A stretch of DNA of 41,372 nt, from positions 1-41,372 of the forward strand of contig JAYGCN010000248.1 in the NCBI GenBank assembly GCA_046583315.1, in the 5' to 3' direction. Below the pieces are notes generated by a model that saw only the letters and a program-made list of their open reading frames with translations, was not told the DNA's origin and did not search any database. Below, one piece after another: positions 9,305 through 19,355 of this stretch. This stretch comes from Candidatus Hydrogenedentota bacterium. GTDB taxonomy: Bacteria > Hydrogenedentota > Hydrogenedentia > Hydrogenedentales > GCA-2746185. The position numbers and the translations under genes were made by a program. Every line of letters starts with the position of its first letter. Position 1 is the stretch's first letter.

Positions 9305-10303
9305 CTATGCCAGAAAAAGAAAATCCCGGCATTCCACGTAGGACCGCTGCGTGAACCATTGACGTATTTCGTCGCGGGCACCTGGTGCACCCACGGCAAC
9401 CACGGTAAATCCTTGCACCGGTGGCGGTAAGTCCTCCGGGTTGATGACCAGGCAGTCGTGGATGTATTTACCGATTTTGCGCGGGGCGATATCCACCACA
9501 GCTTTGGGGCGGACTCCCTCCCACTCCTGCAACCAGGTCTTGCCTACGGCACCGGCGCCCCACTGGTAAAATTCCGTTTGGGTCGCGGGGTACATGTGGT
9601 GGAGGTAATGCCGTTTGAGTTCACGGAATTTCGCCAGGGAATAGCGCGAGTCGTTCATGGTCACGCGACTCTCTGAGTGCCGCCATCCGAGAAGTTTTTC
9701 GGGCACGTTCTCCATACGATACCCCTTGAGCGCGAAACGCATGATGAGATCATAGTCTTCGGCCCAAGTGTAGTCCTGGTATCCGCCGATCGTGTCGAAG
9801 GCTTCACGTCGCATCATGCAGGTCGGATTGGCGATGGGACATTCCACGAATAGTTCACGGATGATTGCGTCGTGATCGACAAAAGAATTGATCCAGTCGA
9901 AATAACGTTCTCTACCCTCGCCGGCGGAAAGCCCCATGTGCCATACGCCTGTGCCGCAGAGTGCCACCTCCGGTTTCGCGTCAAGCAACTCCACCTGTCG
10001 CGCCAACCGCTCTGGAGCGCACACGTCGTCGGCATCCATGCGTGCCAGGAATTCGCCGTGAAGCTGCTGGATACCGCGCATCGGGGTCTCTACAATGCCC
10101 ACCTTCGGCAGATCAAGGCTTTGAATGCGTTCGTCACGTGATGCGTAATCATTCAAGACATCGATTGTTGTGTCCGTTGAGCCATCGTTCACGGCGACCA
10201 GTTCCCAATCCGTGTAGGTTTGGGCGACCATGGAATCGAGACATTCGGGCAGGGTATCCGCCGCATTCCAACAGGGGATGATTATGGAGACACGAGGCGG
10301 CAT
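9305..10303 (-). CDS. family 2 glycosyltransferase with C-terminal Rossmann-like domain (B3GNTL1/QTGAL-like)
   Basis: VSIIIPCWN, VNDGSTD, RMDADD (DxD) and AEDYDL GT-A motifs; C-terminal WGAGAVGK...VDIAPRKIG domain. Confidence 0.9.
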   Translation of the reverse strand: MPPRVSIIIPCWNAADTLPECLDSMVAQTYTDWELVAVNDGSTDTTIDVLNDYASRDERIQSLDLPKVGIVETPMRGIQQLHGEFLARMDADDVCAPERLARQVELLDAKPEVALCGTGVWHMGLSAGEGRERYFDWINSFVDHDAIIRELFVECPIANPTCMMRREAFDTIGGYQDYTWAEDYDLIMRFALKGYRMENVPEKLLGWRHSESRVTMNDSRYSLAKFRELKRHYLHHMYPATQTEFYQWGAGAVGKTWLQEWEGVRPKAVVDIAPRKIGKYIHDCLVINPEDLPPPVQGFTVVAVGAPGARDEIRQWFTQRSYVECRDFLFLA

Positions 10304-10314
10304 TGCTCGGGAGA

Positions 10315-11013
10315 TCAGCTCTGCGCCTGCGGCGTGTCGTATTGGTTCAGGAAGGGGAATATGTTTTGGCTGATGAAGTCGCGACAGGTCTGGATATTCG
10401 ATTCCCAAGCATCCTGCGTGGCCAAGGGGGTATGCTGACCTGAAAAGATGCCTTTGACTTCCACAAACAATTCGCGAGGCGAGTCTCGGAAAGGTTCAAT
10501 GATGAGATACAAGGTTCCGGCGTCCGTACCTGTGGCGGGTAATACAAACCGCAGCCCTGCGGACTTCATGGGCCGCTTGAAAAAAGGATTAATTCGATCC
10601 CGTTGGTTACAGGCATGGTCAATCAAGAAAATACGACTATCCTCAAAGTGGGTTAATCCGAATGTCGTGCGAATGAGCACTGTTTGTGCCTGATAGGTGT
10701 CGATGGACAAGTCCGCTTGCGCCTGCGTCCCGATGGCACCGACTTTCTGTATGAAGTCGCTCATGGGGATATCCACCCATTCTTCGACGATGCCGATACG
10801 ATCCGGTATGACAACGACGGAAGATTGCGCCTTGGGGGCGCGTTTCGTGACGAATCGGGCTAGTGGAGCCTGGCCGAACTGGCTGGAGTCGTAATTGAGG
10901 CCTGGTATCTGGGATAGCTCATAGTAGAACTTCTGCAAATCCGGCTTTGGAATTGCGCGCGTCGGAAATAACAGCTCAGTGGAGAAATGAATTGGTCGGT
11001 CTTCGGATTGCAT
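10315..11013 (-). CDS. hypothetical cytoplasmic protein (possibly TIGR04255-like)
   Basis: 232-aa ORF from ATG 11013 with an upstream sigma70-like promoter; ends 11 nt before the GT2 start. The family guess is from overall pattern only. Confidence 0.75.
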   Translation of the reverse strand: MQSEDRPIHFSTELLFPTRAIPKPDLQKFYYELSQIPGLNYDSSQFGQAPLARFVTKRAPKAQSSVVVIPDRIGIVEEWVDIPMSDFIQKVGAIGTQAQADLSIDTYQAQTVLIRTTFGLTHFEDSRIFLIDHACNQRDRINPFFKRPMKSAGLRFVLPATGTDAGTLYLIIEPFRDSPRELFVEVKGIFSGQHTPLATQDAWESNIQTCRDFISQNIFPFLNQYDTPQAQS

Positions 11014-11056
11014 GGGCCTGCTTTCGGTATCTGATGCTTGATTGCCAGTTTGTAAA

Positions 11057-11085
11057 AGTATAGGATTTGAAATTATCGATTTCAA
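11057..11085 (-). promoter_or_regulatory. sigma70-like promoter overlapped by a 7-5-7 inverted repeat
   Basis: Minus strand TTGAAA-N17-TATACT; perfect inverted repeat TTGAAAT-tatcg-ATTTCAA at 11067-11085. Confidence 0.6.
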
Positions 11086-11108
11086 CTGCCCATTCGAGAG
11101 GTGCATTC

Positions 11109-11672
11109 ATGAGTATCAAAATTATCCCCGTTTTTCTGTCGATGGCCCTCCTGCTGGCCTCGCCTTCCCAGGCACAAGATGCCGATGCGGTCCTGGGACA
11201 TTGGTTTACAGAGGACAATCTCTCGATTGTGCACCTCGTCAAAGAAGAAAATAAGTATGTCGGTCGAATCGTCTGGCTCGAAGAACCCCGATACGAAGAG
11301 GGTGACGAAGACGAGGGCAAGCTGAGGTTCGATCGCGAAAACAAGAAAAAGAAGTTACGCAAACGTCCCATTATCGGTCTTCCCTTCATGCACGGCTTTG
11401 TTTACGATGGGAAAGACGAAAAATGGCGTGGCGGAACCATTTACGATCCCGAAGTCGGCAAGTACTACAAATGTGAAATGAAGATTTTGCTGAAAGAAGG
11501 CACGGACGACACCTACGTACTGGGAGTCCACGGCTATATCGGCATACCCACCTTCGGGCGCACGACCAGTTGGAATCGCGTGCCGAAGGAGGATCTCAAG
11601 AACTACGAGTTCCCCAACGAAGACGAAATAGGCAAAGTCGATGCTGGTAAGAAAAGCAGAAAAGACGAATAA
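11109..11672 (+). CDS. exported DUF2147-family protein
   Basis: GAGGTG RBS, signal peptide, GHWFTED, GRIVWL, GTIYDPEVGKYY and GYIGIPTFGRTTSWNR motifs. Confidence 0.9.
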   Translation: MSIKIIPVFLSMALLLASPSQAQDADAVLGHWFTEDNLSIVHLVKEENKYVGRIVWLEEPRYEEGDEDEGKLRFDRENKKKKLRKRPIIGLPFMHGFVYDGKDEKWRGGTIYDPEVGKYYKCEMKILLKEGTDDTYVLGVHGYIGIPTFGRTTSWNRVPKEDLKNYEFPNEDEIGKVDAGKKSRKDE

Positions 11673-11673
11673 A

Positions 11674-11705
11674 AGCCGGATCGCTCCCCATGGAACGATC
11701 CGGCT
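11674..11705. terminator. hairpin between convergent genes (probable bidirectional terminator)
   Basis: AGCCGGATCG...CGATCCGGCT 10-bp stem, with an A-tract on the left side. Confidence 0.75.
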
Positions 11706-11718
11706 ACATGCGTAATAA

Positions 11719-12282
11719 TTAGTCGGCTTTCAACTCTTCTTCGATCTTCGCAATGACTTCGTCTGCATCGGGTTTCGTACGTGGCTCGAAACGTGCAACC
11801 ACTTCGCCCTCTTTGTTCACAAGAAACTTCGTGAAGTTCCAGGCGATTTCCCCGGAGAAGTCAGCGTTCTCTTCTTTGGACGTCAACTCCTGATAAAGCG
11901 GTGCGGTATCGTCACCTTTCACTGAAATCTTCGAGAACATAGGAAACTGCACGCCGAACTTGGTTGAACAGAACTCTTTGATATCGGAATCAGTACCTGG
12001 CTCTTGCTTCATGAAATTATTGGCCGGAAATGCCAGAATCGTAAAACCCTGATCCTTGTACTTCTCGTGTACTTCGACGAGTTGCTTGTACTGAGGGGTC
12101 AGGCCGCATTTCGACGCAACGTTTACCATCATGACTACCTGTCCTTTGTAATCCGAGAGATTCACTTCTTTTCCGTCAATATCAACGACTTTGTGGTCGA
12201 GCACCTGTGCCCCATTGGCATAGGAAACGACGCTGATGGCCAACACGGCCAATAGGGTTGCTGCAAATTTAAATACTTTCAC
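11719..12282 (-). CDS. exported glutathione peroxidase family protein (Cys type)
   Basis: VNVASKCGLTPQY, FPANNFMKQEPG and WNFTKFLV motifs; N-terminal signal peptide; GTG start after AAGGAG. Confidence 0.93.
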   Translation of the reverse strand: MKVFKFAATLLAVLAISVVSYANGAQVLDHKVVDIDGKEVNLSDYKGQVVMMVNVASKCGLTPQYKQLVEVHEKYKDQGFTILAFPANNFMKQEPGTDSDIKEFCSTKFGVQFPMFSKISVKGDDTAPLYQELTSKEENADFSGEIAWNFTKFLVNKEGEVVARFEPRTKPDADEVIAKIEEELKAD

Positions 12283-12430
12283 GATTCTTTCTCCTTCTCA
12301 CGTTGTGAAATTATTACTGATTGAGTTCTTTAAATAAAAAACGAATCTGTAGAGCATAGTATCACCAACCCCGCACTATCAAGAACTATTCCATCTGCCG
12401 ATTACGGGTTGGAATGGGCACAACCACGCG

Positions 12431-13015
12431 CTAATCGAGAAAATCACCGACGTAACCCCATAATTCCTTGCGCCCCTCCCCATTTTCCGAGGAAAACGGG
12501 ATTATGACGGCTTCGTCGTCCAATTCCAGAGTCGTGCGAATCAGCTCCAGATTTTTCTTGCGCTCGCCGCGTTTGAGCTTGTCTATCTTGGTAGCCACGA
12601 TAAGTGTAGGTACCTCGGCCTCATCCAGAATCGACAACATATCGATGTCCTGCACGGTAGGTTTGTGGCGCGCGTCCAGCAGATGCACGACCATGGCCAG
12701 TGGTTTACGCGATTCGAGGTAGCCATACATCACGCGTCCCCACTCTTCTTTCATCTTGAGGGGGACTTTGGCGTAGCCGTATCCGGGTAAATCGACAAAG
12801 AAATTCTTGTCGTCCACGAGAAAAAAATTGAGGGCCTGGGTTTTGCCTGGACGTGAACTCGTCTTGGCCAGACCTTTACGCCCGAGCAGACAGTTGAGCA
12901 GGCTCGATTTACCAACATTGGATCGACCGACAAAAGCGATCTCCGGCCGCTCACCTTTTGGGCACTCGGGAAGCGCATAGACACTTTTTACAAATTGGAT
13001 GGTACGCTGGTTCAT
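12431..13015 (-). CDS. engB: ribosome biogenesis GTPase YihA/YsxC
   Basis: GRSNVGKSS, PGKT, DLPGYGYAK and TKIDK motifs; overlaps the lon stop. Confidence 0.96.
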   Translation of the reverse strand: MNQRTIQFVKSVYALPECPKGERPEIAFVGRSNVGKSSLLNCLLGRKGLAKTSSRPGKTQALNFFLVDDKNFFVDLPGYGYAKVPLKMKEEWGRVMYGYLESRKPLAMVVHLLDARHKPTVQDIDMLSILDEAEVPTLIVATKIDKLKRGERKKNLELIRTTLELDDEAVIIPFSSENGEGRKELWGYVGDFLD

Positions 13016-15417
13016 TTCTTTTTCTTGGCTTTCGCTTTAGATTTCTTGGTCGGACGTTTTGCCTTGCGAATCGGCTTCGGCTTAGGCAATGCACGCGCAA
13101 TCACCTCGTCCAGGGTTTCGACTAAAATGAATTCGATGTCGTCTCTGACTTCCTTAGGGATATCGATGAGATCTTTTTCGTTTTCTTTGGGCAACAACAC
13201 GCGCGTCACCTTGGCACGGTGGGCCGCCAGCATCTTCTCCTTGATCCCTCCTACCGGCAACATGCGCCCCTGAAGCGTAATCTCGCCCGTCATGGCCAGA
13301 TGCGCGTGGGGTGCCTGTTTACGCAGTCCCGACAACATGGAAACGGCGAGTGCTCCTCCAGCCGACGGACCATCTTTCGGAATCGCACCCTCGGGCAGGT
13401 GTACGTGAATGTCGCTACTCTTCCAAAACTCCACGGGAATCTGAAGTTTCTTGGCATTGGCGCGTAAATAGGTATAGGCCGCCTGAGCCGATTCCTGCAT
13501 GACCTCCCCGAGCTGTCCGGTAAGGCGCAGGTCTCCCTTGCCTTTCATCACCGTCGTTTCGATCGGCAGCGTGTCTCCACCAAACGAGGTCCACGCCAGG
13601 CCCAGCGATACCCCGATGGCCGGAGCTGTAGCCGCGCCAATATCGGAATAGATAGGCGGACCGAGCAACTTGAAAATCTGTTTTTCAGTTACTTTTATCG
13701 TGGCAGGTTTCGAATCTTTCTTGGCAGAGACCACCTTGCGTGCGACCTTGCGACAGATGGATCCAATCTGGCGATCGAGCTCGCGCACACCGGCCTCCAT
13801 CGTATAACGATGAATCAAGGTCTGTAGGCCTTCCGAGCGAAACTTGACTTGTTTATCGGATACTCCGGCCTGCTCCAATTGACGGGGAATTAGGAAGTTT
13901 CGCGCAATTTTTTCCTTTTCGAGCGGTGTATAACCGGGAATGCGGATGATCTCCATCCGATCCAGCAGGGGCTCCGGAATCTCATATTCATTGTTCGCTG
14001 TCGTGACAAAGAACACCTCCTGCAAATCAAAATCCACCTCGAGATAATGGTCGCTGAAGTTCTTGTTCTGCTCGGGGTCGAGCACTTCGAGCAAGGCGGA
14101 CGATGGGTCTCCACGAAAATCCATGGACATCTTGTCTATCTCGTCGAGCATGAACACGGGATTCTTGACGCCGCACTTCTTCATACTCTGAATGATGCGT
14201 CCGGGTAACGCGCCGATGTAGGTGCGCCGGTGTCCCCGGATTTCGGCTTCATCGCGAACACCGCCGAGGGAGACCCGCGCGAATTTGCGTCCCATGGCAC
14301 GTGCTATCGACTCGCCCAGCGATGTTTTACCGACCCCGGGCGGCCCGACGAGGCACATAACCGGACCTCGCTTGGATTTGCTCAACTTGCGCGCGGCGAG
14401 GAATTCGAGAATGCGTTCTTTGACCTTAATCAAGCCGTAATGGTCCTCGTTCAGTATTTTTTCGGCTTTAGCAAGATCAAGCTTGTCCCGTGTGCGCTTA
14501 TCCCACGGCACTTCCGTGAGCCATTCAAGATAGGTCTGCGTAATGGCACTCTCCGGAGTCATCATGGGCATGCGCTCGAAGCGTGTGAGCTCGCGTTGGG
14601 CCTTGGCCTTGACTTCTTTGGGCATCTTGGTTTTTTCGATGAGTTCGCGGAGATCCTGCACGTCATCGCCGCCAAATTCGCCACTGCCCAACTCGCGCTG
14701 TATGACGCGCATCTGTTCGGTGAGGAAATACTCGCGTTGCCCGCGCTCCATCTGGTCGCGTACGCGATCGCGGACGTCTTGCTCCATGCTGAGTAACTCA
14801 AGTTCACGTGCAAGAAAGACGGAGATGCGCTCGAATCGCTCCGCGAGGTCGTCCATTTCAAGCAACTCTTGTCGTTCGGCCGATTTTATGCTCAGGTGGG
14901 CGCAGATCATGTCTGCCAGAATATTGGGATCGTCAATCGATTGTAGCGATGCGACAATTTCGGGAGCGAGTCGTTGTCCCTGCTGGGCATATTCGTCAAA
15001 TTGTTTGGAAACGACGCTGGTGAGCGCGTCTTCGGGGAGGCGACTCTTCTTCGAGTCAGTCGGTATCTCATCAAGGAGAACCATGAGCGCGTCGTCTTCG
15101 GTGAACATGTTACTAAGGCGCGCACGGGCGACTCCTTCAACGATAACTTTGACCGAGCCATCGGGAAGGCGCACGGTCTGAATGACGTTCGCGGTCACAC
15201 CGACTTCGTGCAGGTCCTCCAGGTTGGGGGTCTCTGTTTCGGCGCTTCGCTGCATACACAGGAAAAGGGGTTGTTGCTGCTCTACGGCCTCTTCAATGGC
15301 CGCCAGAGACGAGGTGCGGCCCACCAAGAGCGGCGAAACCATGTGCGGAAACACGACGATATCTTTCAGGGGGACCATGGAACAGATGATCTGGCCCTTT
15401 TTGGGGCGGATGGACAT
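13012..15417 (-). CDS. lon: ATP-dependent protease La
   Basis: Lon N-domain, [19 protein letters not shown], and catalytic PKDGPSAG...GGIKEK. Confidence 0.98.
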   Translation of the reverse strand: MSIRPKKGQIICSMVPLKDIVVFPHMVSPLLVGRTSSLAAIEEAVEQQQPLFLCMQRSAETETPNLEDLHEVGVTANVIQTVRLPDGSVKVIVEGVARARLSNMFTEDDALMVLLDEIPTDSKKSRLPEDALTSVVSKQFDEYAQQGQRLAPEIVASLQSIDDPNILADMICAHLSIKSAERQELLEMDDLAERFERISVFLARELELLSMEQDVRDRVRDQMERGQREYFLTEQMRVIQRELGSGEFGGDDVQDLRELIEKTKMPKEVKAKAQRELTRFERMPMMTPESAITQTYLEWLTEVPWDKRTRDKLDLAKAEKILNEDHYGLIKVKERILEFLAARKLSKSKRGPVMCLVGPPGVGKTSLGESIARAMGRKFARVSLGGVRDEAEIRGHRRTYIGALPGRIIQSMKKCGVKNPVFMLDEIDKMSMDFRGDPSSALLEVLDPEQNKNFSDHYLEVDFDLQEVFFVTTANNEYEIPEPLLDRMEIIRIPGYTPLEKEKIARNFLIPRQLEQAGVSDKQVKFRSEGLQTLIHRYTMEAGVRELDRQIGSICRKVARKVVSAKKDSKPATIKVTEKQIFKLLGPPIYSDIGAATAPAIGVSLGLAWTSFGGDTLPIETTVMKGKGDLRLTGQLGEVMQESAQAAYTYLRANAKKLQIPVEFWKSSDIHVHLPEGAIPKDGPSAGGALAVSMLSGLRKQAPHAHLAMTGEITLQGRMLPVGGIKEKMLAAHRAKVTRVLLPKENEKDLIDIPKEVRDDIEFILVETLDEVIARALPKPKPIRKAKRPTKKSKAKAKKKK

Positions 15418-15482
15418 TCGGTGACTCCAACGAACGATTGGTTATAGGGGGACGTGTGACAAATTCGCAGCAACAATACAAC

Positions 15483-15517
15483 GAAACCACACGCAGATCG
15501 GGGTTGCGTGTGGTTTC
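15483..15517 (-). terminator. intrinsic terminator-like hairpin after clpX
   Basis: 13-bp perfect stem GAAACCACACGCA/TGCGTGTGGTTTC, followed on the minus strand by GTTGTATTGTT. Confidence 0.7.
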
Positions 15518-15541
15518 ATAAATCTATCGTAATTTTGGTGA

Positions 15542-16810
15542 TTATGCGGTGGCAGTCGCGTCCGAATCGCCCGCAACTTCAGTATCATATACAAGCAGTG
15601 GATCTTCGCCGTTGCGAATCACGCCCGGTGTAATAATGCATTCCTGTATGCTCTTCTTCGACGGCACTTCAAACATAATTTCCATCATGGCTTCTTCGAG
15701 AATGGCGCGCAATCCGCGGGCACCCGTATCTTTGTCGAGTGCTTTGTCGGCCACGGCTTCGATGGATTCGTCCGGAAAACGCAATTTCACGTTTTCGAGC
15801 TCAAACAGTTTTTGGTATTGCATAACGAGTGCGTTTTTGGGCTCAATGAGCACACGAATCAGTTCGTCGCGATTGAGTTCGTTGAGCGTTCCAAGCACGG
15901 GTACGCGACCGGAGAATTCAGGAATCATACCGAATTGTACGAGGTCTTCAGGTTGAACCAGAGAGAGTAATTCGCCGATGCTTCGGTCTTTGCGTGTTTT
16001 CATATCGGCGTTGAACCCGATAACGTTTCTACCCACGCGACGTTCAATAATTTTGTCCAATCCGTTGAAGGCACCACCGCAGATAAACAGAATGTTTGTT
16101 GTGTCGACCTGGATGCATTCCTGCTGCGGGTGTTTACGCCCTCCTTGCGGCGGAACATTGGCAACGGTTCCTTCGAGCAACTTGAGTAAGGCTTGTTGTA
16201 CACCTTCACCCGATACGTCGCGCGTAATGGATGGGCTATCGCCCTTGCGCGCCACTTTGTCGATTTCATCAATGTAGATCATACCCATCTCGGCGCGGGC
16301 GGGATCGAAGTCGGCGGCTTGCAAAAGTTTAAGTACGACGTTTTCTACATCATCACCAACATAACCTGCTTCGGTCAGCGTGGTTGCGTCTACTACGGCG
16401 AAGGGAATATCCAGCATTTTGGCCAAAGTCTGCGCAAGGAGCGTTTTACCGCAACCCGAAGGTCCGATAAGCAGTACATTGGATTTTTGTATCTCGACTC
16501 CATCAATCTCGCCACCAGCACCTACGCGCTTGAAGTGGTTGTGTACAGCAACTGAAAGTATCTTCTTCGCACTGTGCTGACCGATGACATACTGGTCCAG
16601 AAAGTCTTTGATTTCGATCGGGGTCGGGACTTCTTTGGTGCGTGTAACCCCTTTTCGGGCACGGTCTTCTGACACAATCTCGCCACAAAGATGCACGCAT
16701 TCATCGCAGATATTGACATCCGGTCCTGCGATCAATTTGCTGACTTCATCATGACGTTTGCCACAGAATGAACAGGTGGTTACGTCACTTCTACTACGAT
16801 GAGGGGCCAT
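15542..16810 (-). CDS. clpX: Clp protease ATP-binding subunit ClpX
   Basis: CSFCGK...CDEC zinc domain, [24 protein letters not shown] and the IGF loop. Confidence 0.98.
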   Translation of the reverse strand: MAPHRSRSDVTTCSFCGKRHDEVSKLIAGPDVNICDECVHLCGEIVSEDRARKGVTRTKEVPTPIEIKDFLDQYVIGQHSAKKILSVAVHNHFKRVGAGGEIDGVEIQKSNVLLIGPSGCGKTLLAQTLAKMLDIPFAVVDATTLTEAGYVGDDVENVVLKLLQAADFDPARAEMGMIYIDEIDKVARKGDSPSITRDVSGEGVQQALLKLLEGTVANVPPQGGRKHPQQECIQVDTTNILFICGGAFNGLDKIIERRVGRNVIGFNADMKTRKDRSIGELLSLVQPEDLVQFGMIPEFSGRVPVLGTLNELNRDELIRVLIEPKNALVMQYQKLFELENVKLRFPDESIEAVADKALDKDTGARGLRAILEEAMMEIMFEVPSKKSIQECIITPGVIRNGEDPLLVYDTEVAGDSDATATA

Positions 16811-16861
16811 TAAAACCTCCGATATTCAATAAGACTAATTCAAAATTCAACGAACGTCTAA

Positions 16862-16950
16862 TTTATATCACTTTGAATCTATTTTGTCAATAATTTATTA
16901 TTGATCTATGTTCCACAGGCTATTTTGCCATGTTTGGCGCGTGGGGTCAA
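16862..16950 (-). promoter_or_regulatory. tandem sigma70-like promoters for clpX with an intervening palindrome
   Basis: Minus strand TTGACC-N17-CAAAAT (16950-16922) and TTGACA-N17-TATAAA (16890-16862), both with extended -10 TG; TCAATAAT-tt-ATTATTGA at 16887-16904. Confidence 0.7.
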
Positions 16951-17035
16951 CTACTTCGTTACATTCAATCCGTATGGGTACTGGATTGGATGCATATTTA
17001 CCTCGTTAATACGGCAATATAGCCAAATATCGCCG

Positions 17036-17641
17036 TTATTTGGCCTTTTTGGGCTCACGAATGAGCACTTCGTCAATAATGCCGTATTCTTTGGCTTGGT
17101 CCGAACTCATGAAGAAGTCGCGGTCGCTGTCCTGCTGAATCTGTTCTTTGGTCTGGCCTGTGTGTTTCACGAGAATATCATCGATCATATCGCCAATACG
17201 CACGATCTCGTTGGCCTGAATTTCGATGTCGGAGGCCTGACCCTGTACGCCGCCCATAATCTGGTGCAGCAGAAATCGCGAGTATTGCAGACCAAATCGT
17301 TTTCCTTCGGTTCCTGCGGCCATTAGCACGGCTCCCATGCTCGCGGCTTGTCCGAGACATATGGTCGTGATGTCCGAAGAGATGTACTGCATGGTGTCGT
17401 AGATGGCAAGGCCCGCCGTTACGCTACCACCGGGTGAGTTGATATAGACGCTGATGTCTTTTTCGGGATCTTCGGCTTCCAGAAAGAGAAGCTGTGCGAT
17501 AATATAGTTCGCCACGTAGTCGTCGATGGGCATGCCGAGAAAGACGATTCGATCAGCAAGCAATTTCGAGTAAATGTCGTAGGGCCGCTCGCCTCGACTC
17601 GTCTGTTCGTAAATGGTGACCATGCGCGGATCCATATTCAT
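17036..17641 (-). CDS. clpP: Clp protease proteolytic subunit
   Basis: [17 protein letters not shown] (Ser), LHQ (His) and DRD (Asp) catalytic motifs. Confidence 0.98.
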   Translation of the reverse strand: MNMDPRMVTIYEQTSRGERPYDIYSKLLADRIVFLGMPIDDYVANYIIAQLLFLEAEDPEKDISVYINSPGGSVTAGLAIYDTMQYISSDITTICLGQAASMGAVLMAAGTEGKRFGLQYSRFLLHQIMGGVQGQASDIEIQANEIVRIGDMIDDILVKHTGQTKEQIQQDSDRDFFMSSDQAKEYGIIDEVLIREPKKAK

Positions 17642-17660
17642 AAAAGCCTATCCCCCTTGA

Positions 17661-19067
17661 TTACTCGCCGGAATCGTCTGTGTCTTCACGTTCGATTTCT
17701 TCGAGCTCTTCTCGTGTCAATTCTTTGTCGGTCACGGTGGCGTTATCGATAATGATGGCCATCGCTTTGGCGCGGTAGATGCGGTCGGCATAGGTGCTAC
17801 GCTGTTCGCCCTGAGCCATGAACTGGGCGACCATTTCAACCTGATCTTCCATACCCATTGATTTAGCCATAACGCTGGCTTCTTTTTCAAAATCTTCTTC
17901 GGTAACTTCGAGGCCTTCCGCGTCACCGATTTCATTGAGGGTAACCATGGCCTTGATGCTCTTGATGGCCTCCGCTTCGGCGTTCGCTTCGATGTACTCC
18001 ATTCGGGCCTTCATATCATCAGGACTCATTTGTGCCTGACCGAGTTTTTGGTACTCCTGCTGCTTGTAGTTCGCCGCAACGGACTCAACCATGCTAGGAG
18101 ACATTTCGTAGGTGCTTCCCTCTATGATGGCATCCAGTGCGCGGGACTCAGCGATGCGTTTGGACTGGTCGGTTGAGCTTACGCGCATTTGTTCGGTGAG
18201 TTTTTCGCGCAGGTCATCGGTGCTTTCGAAACCTTGTTCGGTAGCGAAGTCATCCGTTAACTCAGGTACCTTCAGGCGCTTGACTTCATTGGTCGTAATG
18301 GAGAATTCGGCTTGTTTGCCTTGTAAATCTTCGCTGAAGTAGTCGTCCGGGAAGGCAACGTCGACGGTCTGTTCGTCACCGGCGCGGCTGCCTTTAAGTG
18401 CGACTTCGAATTCCGGGAAGAATCGGTTGGAGCCCAATATGTAGGGATAGTTCTCTGCGCTGCCGCCGGAGAATTCTTCGCCGTCAACGGTACCCTTGAA
18501 ATCCATGATGACCTGATCGTTTTCTTCGGCTTCGTCGTCGCACTCTTCGTAGGAAGCATGCTGCTTGAGCAGATTATCGACGGAGTCCATCACGTCTTCT
18601 TCATCAATCTTCACGACGGGACGTTCAATATTGAGCCCACGATATTTTCCCAGCTCAACGCGTGGTTGCACTTCGAATTTGTACGTGCAACTCAGGGGCT
18701 CGTCCGTATTGCGTTCTTCGTCGTCATCGTCGAGACCATCGATATCGGGCTGACCAAGAGGCCGCAACTTTTCGTCTTCAATGAGTTTCTGATACGCCTC
18801 GCCGATCAGTTTCCCGGCCACTTCTTTCTGGACCGCTTTCGAAAACTTCTTCTCGATGAGTTTGGCCGGCGCTTTACCGCGACGAAATCCGGGAATCTCA
18901 GCGTCGTCCTTGATTTCCTTGATCATTTCCTTGGCTTTTTCGGCCTCGTTCGCGATAGGAATCGTCACCTTCACTTCGTACGCGCAGTCACCCTTGTAAT
19001 CAATATCGAATGATGGATCTTCTACAAAAGTGAATTTTTCTTCTTCGTTCAACAATTCTTCTGACAT
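17661..19067 (-). CDS. tig: trigger factor
   Basis: IPGFRRGKAP ribosome-binding motif, FKBP domain (DFKGTVDGEEFSGG, FPDDY), located upstream of clpP. Confidence 0.96.
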   Translation of the reverse strand: MSEELLNEEEKFTFVEDPSFDIDYKGDCAYEVKVTIPIANEAEKAKEMIKEIKDDAEIPGFRRGKAPAKLIEKKFSKAVQKEVAGKLIGEAYQKLIEDEKLRPLGQPDIDGLDDDDEERNTDEPLSCTYKFEVQPRVELGKYRGLNIERPVVKIDEEDVMDSVDNLLKQHASYEECDDEAEENDQVIMDFKGTVDGEEFSGGSAENYPYILGSNRFFPEFEVALKGSRAGDEQTVDVAFPDDYFSEDLQGKQAEFSITTNEVKRLKVPELTDDFATEQGFESTDDLREKLTEQMRVSSTDQSKRIAESRALDAIIEGSTYEMSPSMVESVAANYKQQEYQKLGQAQMSPDDMKARMEYIEANAEAEAIKSIKAMVTLNEIGDAEGLEVTEEDFEKEASVMAKSMGMEDQVEMVAQFMAQGEQRSTYADRIYRAKAMAIIIDNATVTDKELTREELEEIEREDTDDSGE

Positions 19068-19121
19068 GTCGGTTTACTTTCTCGGTTCATCTGTCCCGCT
19101 TTGCGGGAACCTTGGGATTTG

Positions 19122-19206
<85 letters not shown>

Positions 19207-19281
19207 TGCATAATTTATGCCGTTCGTGTCTCCGTCGATTCGGCACAGTTTGTGCCCATAAACGTTGATCGGAGAGGCACT

Positions 19282-19311
19282 ATGGTATCACAAGGACTGG
19301 AGGGCCTGCAA
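19282..19311 (-). promoter_or_regulatory. putative sigma70 promoter of tRNA-Leu/tig
   Basis: Minus strand TTGCAG-N18-TACCAT with extended -10 TG. Confidence 0.45.
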
Positions 19312-19355
19312 GACTCGATCGCAGGCAAAGGGTGCATGGGTAAGGGGTTATCGGC

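Noticed and set aside
12100..12115. Selenocysteine in the glutathione peroxidase
   Set aside because: The active-site codon is TGC (Cys), not TGA.
19094..19108. Small hairpin TCCCGC-TTT-GCGGGA after tRNA-Leu as a terminator
   Set aside because: Short stem with no U-tract on the transcribed strand; more likely a processing or stability element.
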